From Opitutales bacterium (GTDB taxonomy: Bacteria; Verrucomicrobiota; Verrucomicrobiia; Opitutales; PNEW01), in NCBI GenBank assembly GCA_965197745.1, contig CBDANS010000006.1:480001-544000 (forward strand): DNA of 64,000 bases, read 5' to 3'. Both the position numbers and the translations under genes were made by a program. Of this stretch, positions 1 through 9,833 are shown piece by piece. Under the pieces are notes generated by a model. That model was not told the origin of the DNA. It worked only from the letters and a program-made list of their open reading frames with translations, and did not search any database. Numbering within the stretch: the stretch's first letter is position 1; each line of letters starts with the position of its first letter.

Positions 1-612
1 ACAGTCAGCGCAGAGCTGATCGAGATCGTTCGGGCTGCCGAGAAAATCGGGCTGGATTTCGTCCAGCACTTCCTGCTCGATGGGACGAACATCAATGGCT
101 TTTATGATCATCCCGAATGGTTTAGCCCGTCGCGCCAATTCCTGCGCGCTGGCGCCAAATCCAACCAATGCGAGGGTGCGACCCACAAGGTCATGCCCTT
201 TGATCATCCCGTTCACACTCTCTTTGATATGATCCTGAGCTTCATTATATTTATGGGCCAACATGAGGATAAACATCATTGCCGTCTGAGCAAGCGCTAC
301 GCTGCTGAATATACCCGGACAATTAGACACGGGGATTCCTTTGCTTTTCATGTATTCCAGATCGAAGTGCTCAAACCCGACACTTTGCAGCTGCCAGAAT
401 TTTACTCCGGCCTCACTCGCGGCATCCATCATTTCAGGTGTGCTGCGGTTCAGTTGTACCACCACATCGATTCCTTCAAATTGTGGTTTTACCGGTTTGT
501 CATAATTGAAGTATCGCAATTCATGATGTTTGCTTAATTCTTCAATTACTTCAATTCCCCATATTCCGGCTCTTTCAGGATTATTTAATAGCAGAACGTG
601 AGCTTTATTCAT
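1..612 (-). CDS. D-isomer-specific 2-hydroxyacid dehydrogenase family protein (partial, runs off window)
   Basis: Manual translation of the minus strand from ATG at 612: MNKAHVLL...VGFEHFDL...GIPVSNCPG...GRTLALVGFGASAQELARRAKPFGM (Rossmann motif). Absent from the ORF track because there is no stop in the window. Confidence 0.85.
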   Translation of the reverse strand, partial: MNKAHVLLLNNPERAGIWGIEVIEELSKHHELRYFNYDKPVKPQFEGIDVVVQLNRSTPEMMDAASEAGVKFWQLQSVGFEHFDLEYMKSKGIPVSNCPGIFSSVALAQTAMMFILMLAHKYNEAQDHIKESVNGMIKGHDLVGRTLALVGFGASAQELARRAKPFGMIIKAIDVRPIEQEVLDEIQPDFLGSPNDLDQLCADC

Positions 613-830
613 ATCGATTCCAGTTATGTTTTTTTAAATAATGAATAATTAAGTCTTTCCGCAATAAAGAAAGTCTAATTATCGAATCCTTGCATTTTTT
701 CTATCCTTTGATGACGATTATAACTTTTCTTCTGGATTAGAGTTATCTTTTTCCATGATTTACTTTTAATTCAAAGGATATAACATAATAATGACCCTTT
801 TTTTGCTGATATTTATAATTTTAAATTCCC

Positions 831-1940
831 GTGAGTAAAACATCACAAGACTCTTTCGATTCAGTGGAAGCGGCGATCCAGGATATTGCCGAGGGAAAAC
901 TGGTGATCGTAACCGATGATGAACAGCGTGAGAACGAGGGTGACCTTATAATGGCTGCGTCCAAAGTCACTCCCGAAGCGGTTAATCTGATGATACGTTA
1001 TTGCAGCGGAATAATTTGTGTGCCCACGACAAGTCACCAACTCAAACGTTTGGGCATCAATCAAATGGTCTCGGAGAATCGCGAAATTCAACGGACCGAT
1101 TTTGCAGTTTCTGTCGATGCCGCGGAAGGGATCACCACAGGTATCAGCGCATTTGATCGCGCCACTACGATTAAATTGCTTGCTGATCCTCACAGTCATT
1201 CCGAACACCTTGTCCAACCGGGTCATGTTTTTCCCTTGCGCGCCAAGCCAGGAGGAGTTCTCCAGCGAGCAGGGCACACTGAAGCTGCCGTGGACCTGGC
1301 GGTTCTCGCCGGGTTACACCCGAGTGGAATAATCTGCGAACTCCTCAACGATGATGGTTCCTGCGCGCGACTGCCCGAGTTGATTCAATTTAAAAAGAAG
1401 TTTCATCTCAAACTTATCTCTATTGCCGATCTTATCCAATACCGACATAAACGTGAAAAGCTTGTAGAGAAACTTGCTCAACAACCGTTCTCCTCCTCTT
1501 ATGGAAATTTTGATTTGCATGTTTTTCGCAATATTCTCGACCGCCGTCATCATATAGCGCTCAGCATCGGCGAACTTAATGAAGAGCCGACCCTCGTTCG
1601 GGTCCACAGTGAAAATCTTCTCAGTGATATTTTCCAATCCCGTGAAATGAATAGCCATCAATCACTTGTTTCTTCACTAGAAATGATTGCCAGAGAAGAA
1701 TCAGGCGTCATCCTCTACCTCGAACAGCCGCACAGTGGTTTTAATGTCGAGAATACGGCTCCGGGTAAGAACGGTAAAATCGCTCCGGCGCATATGGATT
1801 TTCGCGACTACGGTATCGGGGCACAGATACTGTCCGAACTCGGCCTGAAAAAGATTCGCCTTCTTTCCAGTACTCATCGCAATGTTATCGCGCTCGATGG
1901 CTACGACTTGGAGATCGTCGAGCACATACCGCTTACTTAA
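831..1940 (+). CDS. ribB: DHBP synthase fused to a degenerate GTP cyclohydrolase II domain (RibBX-like)
   Basis: DDEQRENEGDL, TTGISA and RAGHTEA motifs; C-terminal RVHSE...RDYGIGAQIL lacks the Zn-binding cysteines. Confidence 0.92.
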   Translation: MSKTSQDSFDSVEAAIQDIAEGKLVIVTDDEQRENEGDLIMAASKVTPEAVNLMIRYCSGIICVPTTSHQLKRLGINQMVSENREIQRTDFAVSVDAAEGITTGISAFDRATTIKLLADPHSHSEHLVQPGHVFPLRAKPGGVLQRAGHTEAAVDLAVLAGLHPSGIICELLNDDGSCARLPELIQFKKKFHLKLISIADLIQYRHKREKLVEKLAQQPFSSSYGNFDLHVFRNILDRRHHIALSIGELNEEPTLVRVHSENLLSDIFQSREMNSHQSLVSSLEMIAREESGVILYLEQPHSGFNVENTAPGKNGKIAPAHMDFRDYGIGAQILSELGLKKIRLLSSTHRNVIALDGYDLEIVEHIPLT

Positions 1941-1970
1941 TCAATTCCCTCCAGTAATTTTTTAAACTCG

Positions 1971-2546
1971 ATGAGTCTCGATAATCCAGAATCTATGAAA
2001 GCGGAAGACGCTGGACGGAAATATGCCATTGTCGCCTCCCGCTATAACCAGGACCTCGTCGATCAATTAATCGATAGCGTCTTAAAAACATTCGATGCCG
2101 CTGGAGTAAAAGAGGATGCCCTCGAATTAATCCGGGTGCCGGGTTCCCACGAAATTCCTTATACCCTTAGCATGCTTGCCGAAACCAGGCAGTTTAACTG
2201 TCTCATCGCACTGGGTGTGATTATTGCCGGGGAGACCGATCACCACGAAATAATCGCTCAGAGTACCAGCCTGGCAATCCAGCAAATAGCCATGGAAACG
2301 CAAACGCCTGTTATTAACGGCATTATCACCGCCACCCGTGAACAGGCTGAAGCGCGTTGTGGGGGTGAAATCAACCGGGGTGTGGAGTTTGCCAATGGGG
2401 CCCTCGAGATGGCCCGAGTGGGGGCCCAACTCAATCAGCTGTGGGTGGAACAGGGCTTATTTGAAAATAATGTGTTGCTTGGCCGTGAAGAACCGGAGAG
2501 CTGGGATGACTTTATTGATGAAGATGAAGCAGTGGAGGAGAAATAG
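1971..2546 (+). CDS. ribH: 6,7-dimethyl-8-ribityllumazine synthase
   Basis: AIVASRYN, VPGSHEIP, LGVIIAGETDH motifs; lies between ribB and nusB. Confidence 0.93.
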   Translation: MSLDNPESMKAEDAGRKYAIVASRYNQDLVDQLIDSVLKTFDAAGVKEDALELIRVPGSHEIPYTLSMLAETRQFNCLIALGVIIAGETDHHEIIAQSTSLAIQQIAMETQTPVINGIITATREQAEARCGGEINRGVEFANGALEMARVGAQLNQLWVEQGLFENNVLLGREEPESWDDFIDEDEAVEEK

Positions 2547-2551
2547 ATAGT

Positions 2552-2986
2552 ATGAGCTCTCGACGTGACAATCGCATTGCCGCCTTCCAATTCCTTTACA
2601 TGTGGGATATCAATACCCCCGATGATCTGGATAGCGAACTGAACATTTTTTTTGAATCTCAGCCAGAACCTAGCGACTACTATATATTTGCTGATGAACT
2701 TATCCGCGGAACGATTGAACATTGTCGTGAAATAGACGGCGAGATTAAATCTCATGCCCAAAACTGGTCGTTTCAGCGAATTGCCAAAGTCGACCTGGCC
2801 ATACTTCGCCTCGCCATTTATGAGCTGCTTAAAAGAAATGATATCCCCCCCATTGTTTCCATCAATGAGGCCATAGACTTAAGCAAAATCTTTTCCATTC
2901 CTGATGCCAGGCGTTTTATCAACGGAATACTCGACAAGCTTAAAGCTAAACTTCAACGGCCCTTCAGGGAACCGGCTATTGATTGA
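2552..2986 (+). CDS. nusB: Transcription antitermination factor NusB
   Basis: NWSFQRIAKVDLAILRLAIYEL, INEAIDLSK, FINGILD. Confidence 0.95.
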   Translation: MSSRRDNRIAAFQFLYMWDINTPDDLDSELNIFFESQPEPSDYYIFADELIRGTIEHCREIDGEIKSHAQNWSFQRIAKVDLAILRLAIYELLKRNDIPPIVSINEAIDLSKIFSIPDARRFINGILDKLKAKLQRPFREPAID

Positions 2987-2994
2987 ATATTTCC

Positions 2995-3930
2995 ATGCCT
3001 GGAATTTTTCAAAAATTCAAAGAGGGTCTCAAAAATACAACCCCTACTTTTTACTCTGCTTTCGGTAACCTTGACCGTTTATTATCCGGGAAAAGTCTGG
3101 ATCCCGAAACTATCGACCAAATAGAAGAGACCCTCTACAGCGCAGACATCGGTGTTAGTGGCACGACAAAAATAATAGAGGGAATCAAGAGTGCCTGCCA
3201 GAAGGATAGAGCAATTCGCCAGGAGGAAGTATCTTCAATCATCGCCGCAGTCCTGAAAAAAATACTCGATGGAGCCGAAGGCAGGCTGCAATGGAATGCC
3301 CGCGGGAAACCGGAGGTCGTGTGTCTTGTTGGAATCAATGGTTCGGGTAAAACAACGACCGCGGCAAAACTGGGATTCCATTTAAAACAATGCGGTTTAT
3401 CAATACTTCTCGGTGCTTGTGATACTTTTCGTGCCGCTGCTAATGAACAAATAAAAAGCTGGGCTGATCGACTCGACCTTGAATTGGTGTCCAGTCAACA
3501 GGGTGCAGACGCCGCCGCCGTCGCTTTTGACGCCTACCAGGCAGCCGTAAACCGCAAGCGCGATGTTCTTGTTCTCGATACCGCCGGACGGCTCCATACT
3601 AAAGGCAATCTCATGGAAGAGTTAGTGAAAATCCGTCGCGTTCTCCAAAAAAATGACCCCGCTGCTCCCCACCATAGCTGGCTGGTCATCGATGGTAGCA
3701 TTGGGACCAACTCCATCGAACAGGCGCGGCAATTCAATGAGCAATTCGGCATTACGGGATTAATCATTACCAAGTTAGATGGGACCAGTCGCGGCGGTTC
3801 TATAATTGGTATTTATGAGGAGCTGAAACTGCCCGTTTATTTTATCGGCCTGGGTGAAAAGGAGGAAGACTTACTGCCCTTTACAGTGGACAATTATGTG
3901 GATGCCCTATTGGGTTTGGATAAAGCATGA
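2995..3930 (+). CDS. ftsY: Signal recognition particle receptor FtsY
   Basis: GINGSGKTTT, DTFRAAA, DTAGR, TKLDGT motifs; ATG at 2995 chosen as start. Confidence 0.95.
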   Translation: MPGIFQKFKEGLKNTTPTFYSAFGNLDRLLSGKSLDPETIDQIEETLYSADIGVSGTTKIIEGIKSACQKDRAIRQEEVSSIIAAVLKKILDGAEGRLQWNARGKPEVVCLVGINGSGKTTTAAKLGFHLKQCGLSILLGACDTFRAAANEQIKSWADRLDLELVSSQQGADAAAVAFDAYQAAVNRKRDVLVLDTAGRLHTKGNLMEELVKIRRVLQKNDPAAPHHSWLVIDGSIGTNSIEQARQFNEQFGITGLIITKLDGTSRGGSIIGIYEELKLPVYFIGLGEKEEDLLPFTVDNYVDALLGLDKA

Positions 3931-5033
3931 CGGCCACACTTTCAGTGGAAATGGGTGAGAGAAGTTATGATATTTACTTCACTCATAATGATTGGGAGGC
4001 ATTGAAGAATAATCTGGCCCGGAGCCTCTCTTCAGATCAACACTACGCCGTTGTCACGGATGAGAACATCGAAGATAATTTAAATAATAAGTTCCAGGGA
4101 TTTGATTTTCTTCCCCATCCACCGGCACTTCGTATAACATTAAAGGCTGGTGAGTTGTCTAAATCGGTAAGTGGGCTTGAAAAACTGTATCATGCCCTTG
4201 CCGAGAATCGCATCGACCGCTCCGGGGCAATAGTCGCTATGGGCGGCGGTGTGATTGGAGATTTAGCAGGTTTTGCCGCCGCCTCTTATATGCGCGGAAT
4301 CGATTTATACCAGGTCCCTACTACCCTTCTGGCCATGGTCGATAGTTCCGTGGGTGGGAAAACAGGAATAAACCTGCCCCTTGGTAAAAACCTGGTCGGG
4401 GCTTTCTATCAACCCAGGGCTGTATTCATTCATACTGATTTTTTGCAATCCCTCCCTCAACACCAATTCAACGCGGGTATGGCCGAAGTTATAAAATATG
4501 GTTTACTCGCCAATGCCACCCTCTTCGAACGCCTTCAAAAGATGGGAAATCTTACCCCTGCGCATCCGGAATTGCCGGAGATTATTCGCCAATGTTGCAA
4601 AATAAAAGCGTCCTTTGTTGAGAGTGACGAAAGAGAGTCTGCTTCGATCGGAGGAAGGGCGTTGCTGAATCTTGGCCACACCTTTGCTCACGCCATTGAA
4701 GCGGTTACCGGTTATGACCAGTATCTGCATGGCGAGGCGGTAGCCGTAGGTCTGGTCATGGCCGCCCGGCTCTCACAGCGTTTAGGTCATCTCTCGGATA
4801 ATGAGGTCCAATCCATTCTCAACATTCTCATAAATGTTAATCTTCCCATCAAGTTGCGTGAACCCTTAGCGCCGGCTACTCTGATTAATGCCATGAAGAG
4901 CGATAAAAAGGTAAAACATGGAAAGCTCCACTTTATTGCCTTGGAGCAAATCGGCAAAGCCGTGAACGTTGAAGATGTGCCTGATAGCTGGATAGAAGAA
5001 TTATGGCTTGAAGCCGGAGCTGAGGGGAAATGA
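3927..5033 (+). CDS. aroB: 3-dehydroquinate synthase
   Basis: GGGVIGDLAGF, PTTLLAMVDSSVGGKTG, LNLGHTFAHAIE. Confidence 0.96.
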   Translation: MTATLSVEMGERSYDIYFTHNDWEALKNNLARSLSSDQHYAVVTDENIEDNLNNKFQGFDFLPHPPALRITLKAGELSKSVSGLEKLYHALAENRIDRSGAIVAMGGGVIGDLAGFAAASYMRGIDLYQVPTTLLAMVDSSVGGKTGINLPLGKNLVGAFYQPRAVFIHTDFLQSLPQHQFNAGMAEVIKYGLLANATLFERLQKMGNLTPAHPELPEIIRQCCKIKASFVESDERESASIGGRALLNLGHTFAHAIEAVTGYDQYLHGEAVAVGLVMAARLSQRLGHLSDNEVQSILNILINVNLPIKLREPLAPATLINAMKSDKKVKHGKLHFIALEQIGKAVNVEDVPDSWIEELWLEAGAEGK

Positions 5034-5101
5034 ATTTCTAATTTTCATTCTTCATTCACAATTCCCATCCCAAATTCCTAATTCATAATTCATAATTTCC
5101 C

Positions 5102-5710
5102 ATGGCCGGCTTCGACGAAAACATTGTACGCGAATATTTTGAACTGCACGGGTTTCTCGTCCGTCAGTTGCGTAAATACCAGGTACAATCACGGAGGAAA
5201 ATGGCTGAAGAAGAAATCGATTTAATTGTTTATAATCCCTCTTATGTGAGAAACAGCCGAAACCCGGATTTTTTTCTGTTCTCAAATGAACTGCCCTATA
5301 TCCGTCATGCAGTAGTTGTCGTAAAAGCCTGGCACACTACTTTGCATTTTACCCCCAACATGCTGCGTAGCAGCTCCGATATATTTAATTTTCTTGAAAA
5401 AAATGTCCTCAAAAAAGCGGAGGAATTATTTAAATTTAATGAAGAGGAATATGAGGATAGCTCAAAATTATTAAAAGTTCTTGTCCTTCCTGGATTACCT
5501 ACCGCGGATCCCCATCGTTCAGAAAGCATCAAGCTTTTGCGCGAACACGGTATCGATGGCATAATTTCTTTTCGTTCTATGCTTATAGATATTCTTGCAA
5601 AAGTGCAGACTAACCACAATTACCAGAAATCTGAAATTTTACAAATCATGCGTATCTTGAAAAATTACGATCTCATCAAGGATCCCCAGTTGAACCTGTT
5701 CAATGATTAG
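5102..5710 (+). CDS. Hypothetical protein, possible PD-(D/E)XK-like fold
   Basis: 202-aa ORF in line with aroB and pdxA; E..V.EYF..HGF and EIDL...VVVK pattern. Confidence 0.7.
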   Translation: MAGFDENIVREYFELHGFLVRQLRKYQVQSRRKMAEEEIDLIVYNPSYVRNSRNPDFFLFSNELPYIRHAVVVVKAWHTTLHFTPNMLRSSSDIFNFLEKNVLKKAEELFKFNEEEYEDSSKLLKVLVLPGLPTADPHRSESIKLLREHGIDGIISFRSMLIDILAKVQTNHNYQKSEILQIMRILKNYDLIKDPQLNLFND

Positions 5711-5746
5711 GTTATGGGCCTCTCTCGTCACTGGTGTTAATCTAAC

Positions 5747-6691
5747 ATGCCGATGAGTAAAATCGCAATCACCTGCGGCGATCCCGCGGGAGTAGGACCG
5801 GAGATAATCGAAAGTTGGGTAATAGAAAAAAACCCAATGCTCGATAACATATGTCTCATCGGACCGGCAGCATGGCTTGATAACATTATCGCGGCAAACC
5901 CCGTGACGATACAACCGGTTGGCCCTAAAGATTTTCGCGCAAACCCCGGAGAACCCAGTCTCACCGGCGCAGAAATAGCTTTAGAAGCGCTGGAAGTCGC
6001 TGCTGACGGTTGCCGGGAAAATCATTTTTCAGCTGTAGTCAGCGGTCCTGTGAGCAAAGTCTGGATGAAACGTGTGGGGTTTGATTTTCCCGGACAAACA
6101 GAATTTTTCGCCAAACGCTGGGGAGGTAACCCGACAATGGCATTTGCTGGAGGCCGGATGCGAGTTGTTCTCGTCACCTGGCATCTACCTCTGCGCAAGG
6201 TGGTTAAACATATAAATAAGGAGAATCTGAGTAAGGCCATAGGGCATGCTTACAAATTGGCAAATGCCCTCGGCGCAAAGCACCCGCGTATCGGCGTTTG
6301 TGGTTTGAATCCACACGCGGGAGAAGATGGGTTGTTGGGCGATGAAGAATCCACTTTGATTAATCCAATACTCAAAAAATTAGAAAATAAATTTCCAGGC
6401 CTCTCTCCCTGCCAGGCAGCCGACACCTTATTCTGGCGTCATCTCCAGGGTGAATTCGATATCGTTGTAGCGCTCTACCACGACCAGGGACTGGGACCCC
6501 TTAAAACTGTCGACTTCGACACTTCTGTGAACATCACTTTAGGTCTGCCATGGATCCGCACCAGTCCCGATCATGGAACAGGTTTTAATATCGCGGGAAA
6601 AGGCATTGCCCGTCACACAAGTCTGTCTCACGCTATCGATCTGGCATACAGATTGAACCAAATTGAAGCGTCTGCGCTATCAGCCTCATAG
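5747..6691 (+). CDS. pdxA: 4-hydroxythreonine-4-phosphate dehydrogenase
   Basis: GDPAGVGPE, GLNPHAGE, YHDQGL, RTSPDHGT. Confidence 0.95.
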   Translation: MPMSKIAITCGDPAGVGPEIIESWVIEKNPMLDNICLIGPAAWLDNIIAANPVTIQPVGPKDFRANPGEPSLTGAEIALEALEVAADGCRENHFSAVVSGPVSKVWMKRVGFDFPGQTEFFAKRWGGNPTMAFAGGRMRVVLVTWHLPLRKVVKHINKENLSKAIGHAYKLANALGAKHPRIGVCGLNPHAGEDGLLGDEESTLINPILKKLENKFPGLSPCQAADTLFWRHLQGEFDIVVALYHDQGLGPLKTVDFDTSVNITLGLPWIRTSPDHGTGFNIAGKGIARHTSLSHAIDLAYRLNQIEASALSAS

Positions 6692-6967
6692 AAAACCCTC
6701 GTCAATAGGGTCGGTGACAGCTGAATGGGCTTGAAACTTGATTTTAAGCGGAAATTTTATATTATTACACTCTTATTTTTAGAAACAGGTTTTCAGCTGT
6801 GAATAGAAATACCGCTGGATTGTGTTAAACCCTGGGATAACTATAATTTACAAAATTCTTTAAGTTCACCTGTTCGTGTATGATGGTCCCTCATTTTCAG
6901 ATCTTACTCACGGATATATTTACCCGCTAACAGGGTTTTAATTTAACCTTTCACGGCACCCTAATAT

Positions 6968-7345
6968 ATGTCAGTTCCACCTTCTATCGATCTCCCTGAA
7001 GGCGTCCGCCTGGGTAATGAAAATTTGATTCAACTTTCGGAAGCTGCGGGTTTAAAAATTCTCTCCCTTATCGAACGCGAACAAAAAGGGATATACTTGC
7101 GTATAGCGATTACGGGGGGTGGATGTAATGGGCTTAGTTACAAAATGAAATTTACGGATAGCCCAAAACGAGGTGATATTCTCGTCCAATCTGCAGAAGC
7201 CAGTGTCGTTATGGATAGCAAAAGTGCCCTTTACCTCAAAGGGACGGCTCTTGACTACTCGTCGGATTTAATAGCTGGCGGATTTAAATTTGAAAATCCC
7301 AATGCAAAATCGAGCTGCTCCTGTGGGGAAAGTTTCAGCCTGTAA
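6968..7345 (+). CDS. HesB/IscA family Fe-S cluster assembly protein
   Basis: GGGCNGLSY and NPNAKSSCSCGESF. Confidence 0.93.
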   Translation: MSVPPSIDLPEGVRLGNENLIQLSEAAGLKILSLIEREQKGIYLRIAITGGGCNGLSYKMKFTDSPKRGDILVQSAEASVVMDSKSALYLKGTALDYSSDLIAGGFKFENPNAKSSCSCGESFSL

Positions 7346-7403
7346 TGACAGGCCCCGCGTTTCATCGCGCGCACCTTCCTGATACGGATCCTCAACTTTC
7401 TAA

Positions 7404-8867
7404 ATGTTAGGACGAAAAAAAAGGTTACTGGAAAATATCAGCTTCCTCATGGATGTGATCTCCGGTTTCTTTCTCATGATCGTCGTCTATTATTTTCTCT
7501 TCTATTTGAGAGATTTTTGGGAAGATCTGTTAAATAGTATTACCGGTTATCCATTTAACATTGAGGGTGTCGCTCATCTCAAAGAACAAGGCTGGTTATT
7601 TCTGGTTATCCTTTTAAGCCTTTTCACCTCGCTTAAAATGAACCGGTTTTATCAACTCGATTTGTTCGCTAAATGGCATCAAATCGTTTTTCACTCCGCT
7701 AAATGCATCGCTATCGGCATGGGCATTTCAGCCATATTTTTCTATTTTTTCTCAATCGTTTATGTGAATCGATCGCTCTTTTTCGGATTTGCCGGCCTCT
7801 TTGCCCTCTATCTTATTAGTAAGGAAATCCTCTTTCGCCGCGACCTTGTAAACAAATTCTATCGGAATAACCCGCTTGACGCATTGTTAGTCTGCGATGC
7901 GCATGAAGCACAAATACGATTGACCGATTTTAATACCCGTCACTTTTCCAGTGTCGTCATCAAGGGTATTTTACTGACCCAGGGTGACGAAAGTTCTATG
8001 CCCGAACAGCTCCGTGACAAATTTGTCGGTCGATTGGAATCGCTGGCCTCGATTTTGAGTCAAGGAACTTATGATATTGTCTTCCTTGCTGACGCCCCTG
8101 ATAGAACAGGGGATTCACAGAATGTATTGAGCGCATGCGAAGAGCAGGGTGTGGAAACATGGTACTTTGCCGATTTTCTCTCACCCCTGGTCTCGCGGGC
8201 GGTGATTGATGAATATGGAGGGATACCTGTTGTCGTTTTCAAAATGACAACGCAACATGAAGGGCAATTCATTGTAAAACGTCTCTTCGATTTAGTCTTA
8301 TCACTCTTTCTCATTTTTCTCTTTAGCCCACTCTATATTATCATAGCGCTAGCTGTAAAATTAGGTTCGCGGGGGCCGATTTTCTTTGTGCAATCGCGCT
8401 CTGGATTCAGGGGCAAACCTTTCTCCATGATAAAATTTCGCACCATGGCTATGGATGCGGAAGATAAACTTGATGAGATACGTGAACAGAACGAATTAAA
8501 AGGGCCTGTATTCAAGTCCGAAAAAGATCCCCGTATCACTCCCGTGGGAAAGTTCCTCCGTCGTTACAGCCTCGATGAATTACCGCAAATTTTTAATGTC
8601 CTTAAAGGAGAGATGAGTATGGTCGGACCTCGACCCTTACCGGTTTATGAAACTGAAAACTTTGATGCCTTTAATGCCTACCGACGCTATAGTGTGTTAC
8701 CGGGTATAACCGGACTCTGGCAGGTATCAGGGCGTAATAGTATCGAAGATTTTTCAGAATGGGTGCGTCTCGACCTTGAATATATTGACCATTGGAGCCT
8801 CTGGTTGGATATCACTATATTGCTGCGCACCATTCCAACTGTAATTTCCGGTGATGGTGCCAGCTAG
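7404..8867 (+). CDS. Polyprenyl-phosphate glycosylphosphotransferase (WcaJ-like sugar transferase)
   Basis: N-terminal hydrophobic segments; KRLFD, KFRTM, DPRIT, LDELPQ, PGITGLWQV. Confidence 0.93.
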   Translation: MLGRKKRLLENISFLMDVISGFFLMIVVYYFLFYLRDFWEDLLNSITGYPFNIEGVAHLKEQGWLFLVILLSLFTSLKMNRFYQLDLFAKWHQIVFHSAKCIAIGMGISAIFFYFFSIVYVNRSLFFGFAGLFALYLISKEILFRRDLVNKFYRNNPLDALLVCDAHEAQIRLTDFNTRHFSSVVIKGILLTQGDESSMPEQLRDKFVGRLESLASILSQGTYDIVFLADAPDRTGDSQNVLSACEEQGVETWYFADFLSPLVSRAVIDEYGGIPVVVFKMTTQHEGQFIVKRLFDLVLSLFLIFLFSPLYIIIALAVKLGSRGPIFFVQSRSGFRGKPFSMIKFRTMAMDAEDKLDEIREQNELKGPVFKSEKDPRITPVGKFLRRYSLDELPQIFNVLKGEMSMVGPRPLPVYETENFDAFNAYRRYSVLPGITGLWQVSGRNSIEDFSEWVRLDLEYIDHWSLWLDITILLRTIPTVISGDGAS

Positions 8868-9061
8868 TTTATACTTCCACCCGTAAAGAAAAAGATCAGT
8901 AAAAAAAGTTTGAAAAAAAAATATAAACAGACACTATTTTAAAAGCACTAAAAACATATAGCTCTGATTTATTCAATACATAGTCCTAATAGCCCCACCC
9001 CTCGCTCGCTGCCGGAAAAGTTCACCGCGCGAAGTTTTTATTATTCCGCAAGAAGGATTTA

Positions 9062-9664
9062 ATGACGAGACAATTTAGCTCTTCCGGACATTACCGCGGC
9101 AGAGGCAGGCAGCATGGTAAAGGGTACATTCGCAAAAACGAGCGAATTCGTGCGCGTGAAGTCAGGCTCATCGGTCCCGATTCCAAACAAATTGGAATAT
9201 TACCTACCTCCGAAGCGCTCTCCATGGCCAGGCAACACGGGTTGGATTTAGTTGAGGTCTCATCGAGCACCCGGCCTCCTATTTGCCGTATCCTCGATTT
9301 TGGCAAATACAAGTACGAGCAGTCGAAAAAAAGCAAAGTTTCCAAACAACAATCCTCTAAAATTAAAGAAGTTAAGTTACGTGTTCGTATCGAGCAGCAT
9401 GATTATATAACAAAACTGCGTCATGCCGAAGATTTCCTTTACAAGGGTCATAAATTAAAAATATCCCTTATTTTTAGAGGGCGGGAAAACGAACATAAAG
9501 ATTTGGGCTTCGAGATTGTAAACCGAGCCATCCAAGATCTTACTCAGGTTGGTCACAAAGACAGTGAGCCAAAACTGGCTGGAAGGAATATAATCGTTAC
9601 CCTTTCTCCTCAACCCGCAAATCAGCGTACTCTTAAGTATAATATAGCTCAAGAGGCGGACTAG
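9062..9664 (+). CDS. infC: Translation initiation factor IF-3
   Basis: NERIRAREVRLI, LDLVEV, PPICRILDFGKYKYE, KIKEVKL. Confidence 0.95.
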   Translation: MTRQFSSSGHYRGRGRQHGKGYIRKNERIRAREVRLIGPDSKQIGILPTSEALSMARQHGLDLVEVSSSTRPPICRILDFGKYKYEQSKKSKVSKQQSSKIKEVKLRVRIEQHDYITKLRHAEDFLYKGHKLKISLIFRGRENEHKDLGFEIVNRAIQDLTQVGHKDSEPKLAGRNIIVTLSPQPANQRTLKYNIAQEAD

Positions 9665-9833
9665 GCCTTTTCACCTAAATGGCCATCAGGATAAGCAACC
9701 ATTCTTCGACTGCCTCATCCTCTTCGCCCATCAATTACCTAATAACTATTTTTGTATTAAATTTTGCGAGAGAGACGAAGATTATCTCGAATAACTTTTA
9801 ACCTGACGGCATTCGGCTTTCATCCTAAATAGT

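Noticed and set aside
193..537. 114-aa plus-strand ORF and the many short antisense or overlapping ORFs in the track
   Set aside because: They are shadows of well-supported genes or IS elements on another frame or strand.
6826..6940. Possible structured ncRNA (AAACCCTG...CAGGGTTT closing stem)
   Set aside because: Only one short stem is evident and the span is short for 6S RNA; needs an Rfam search.
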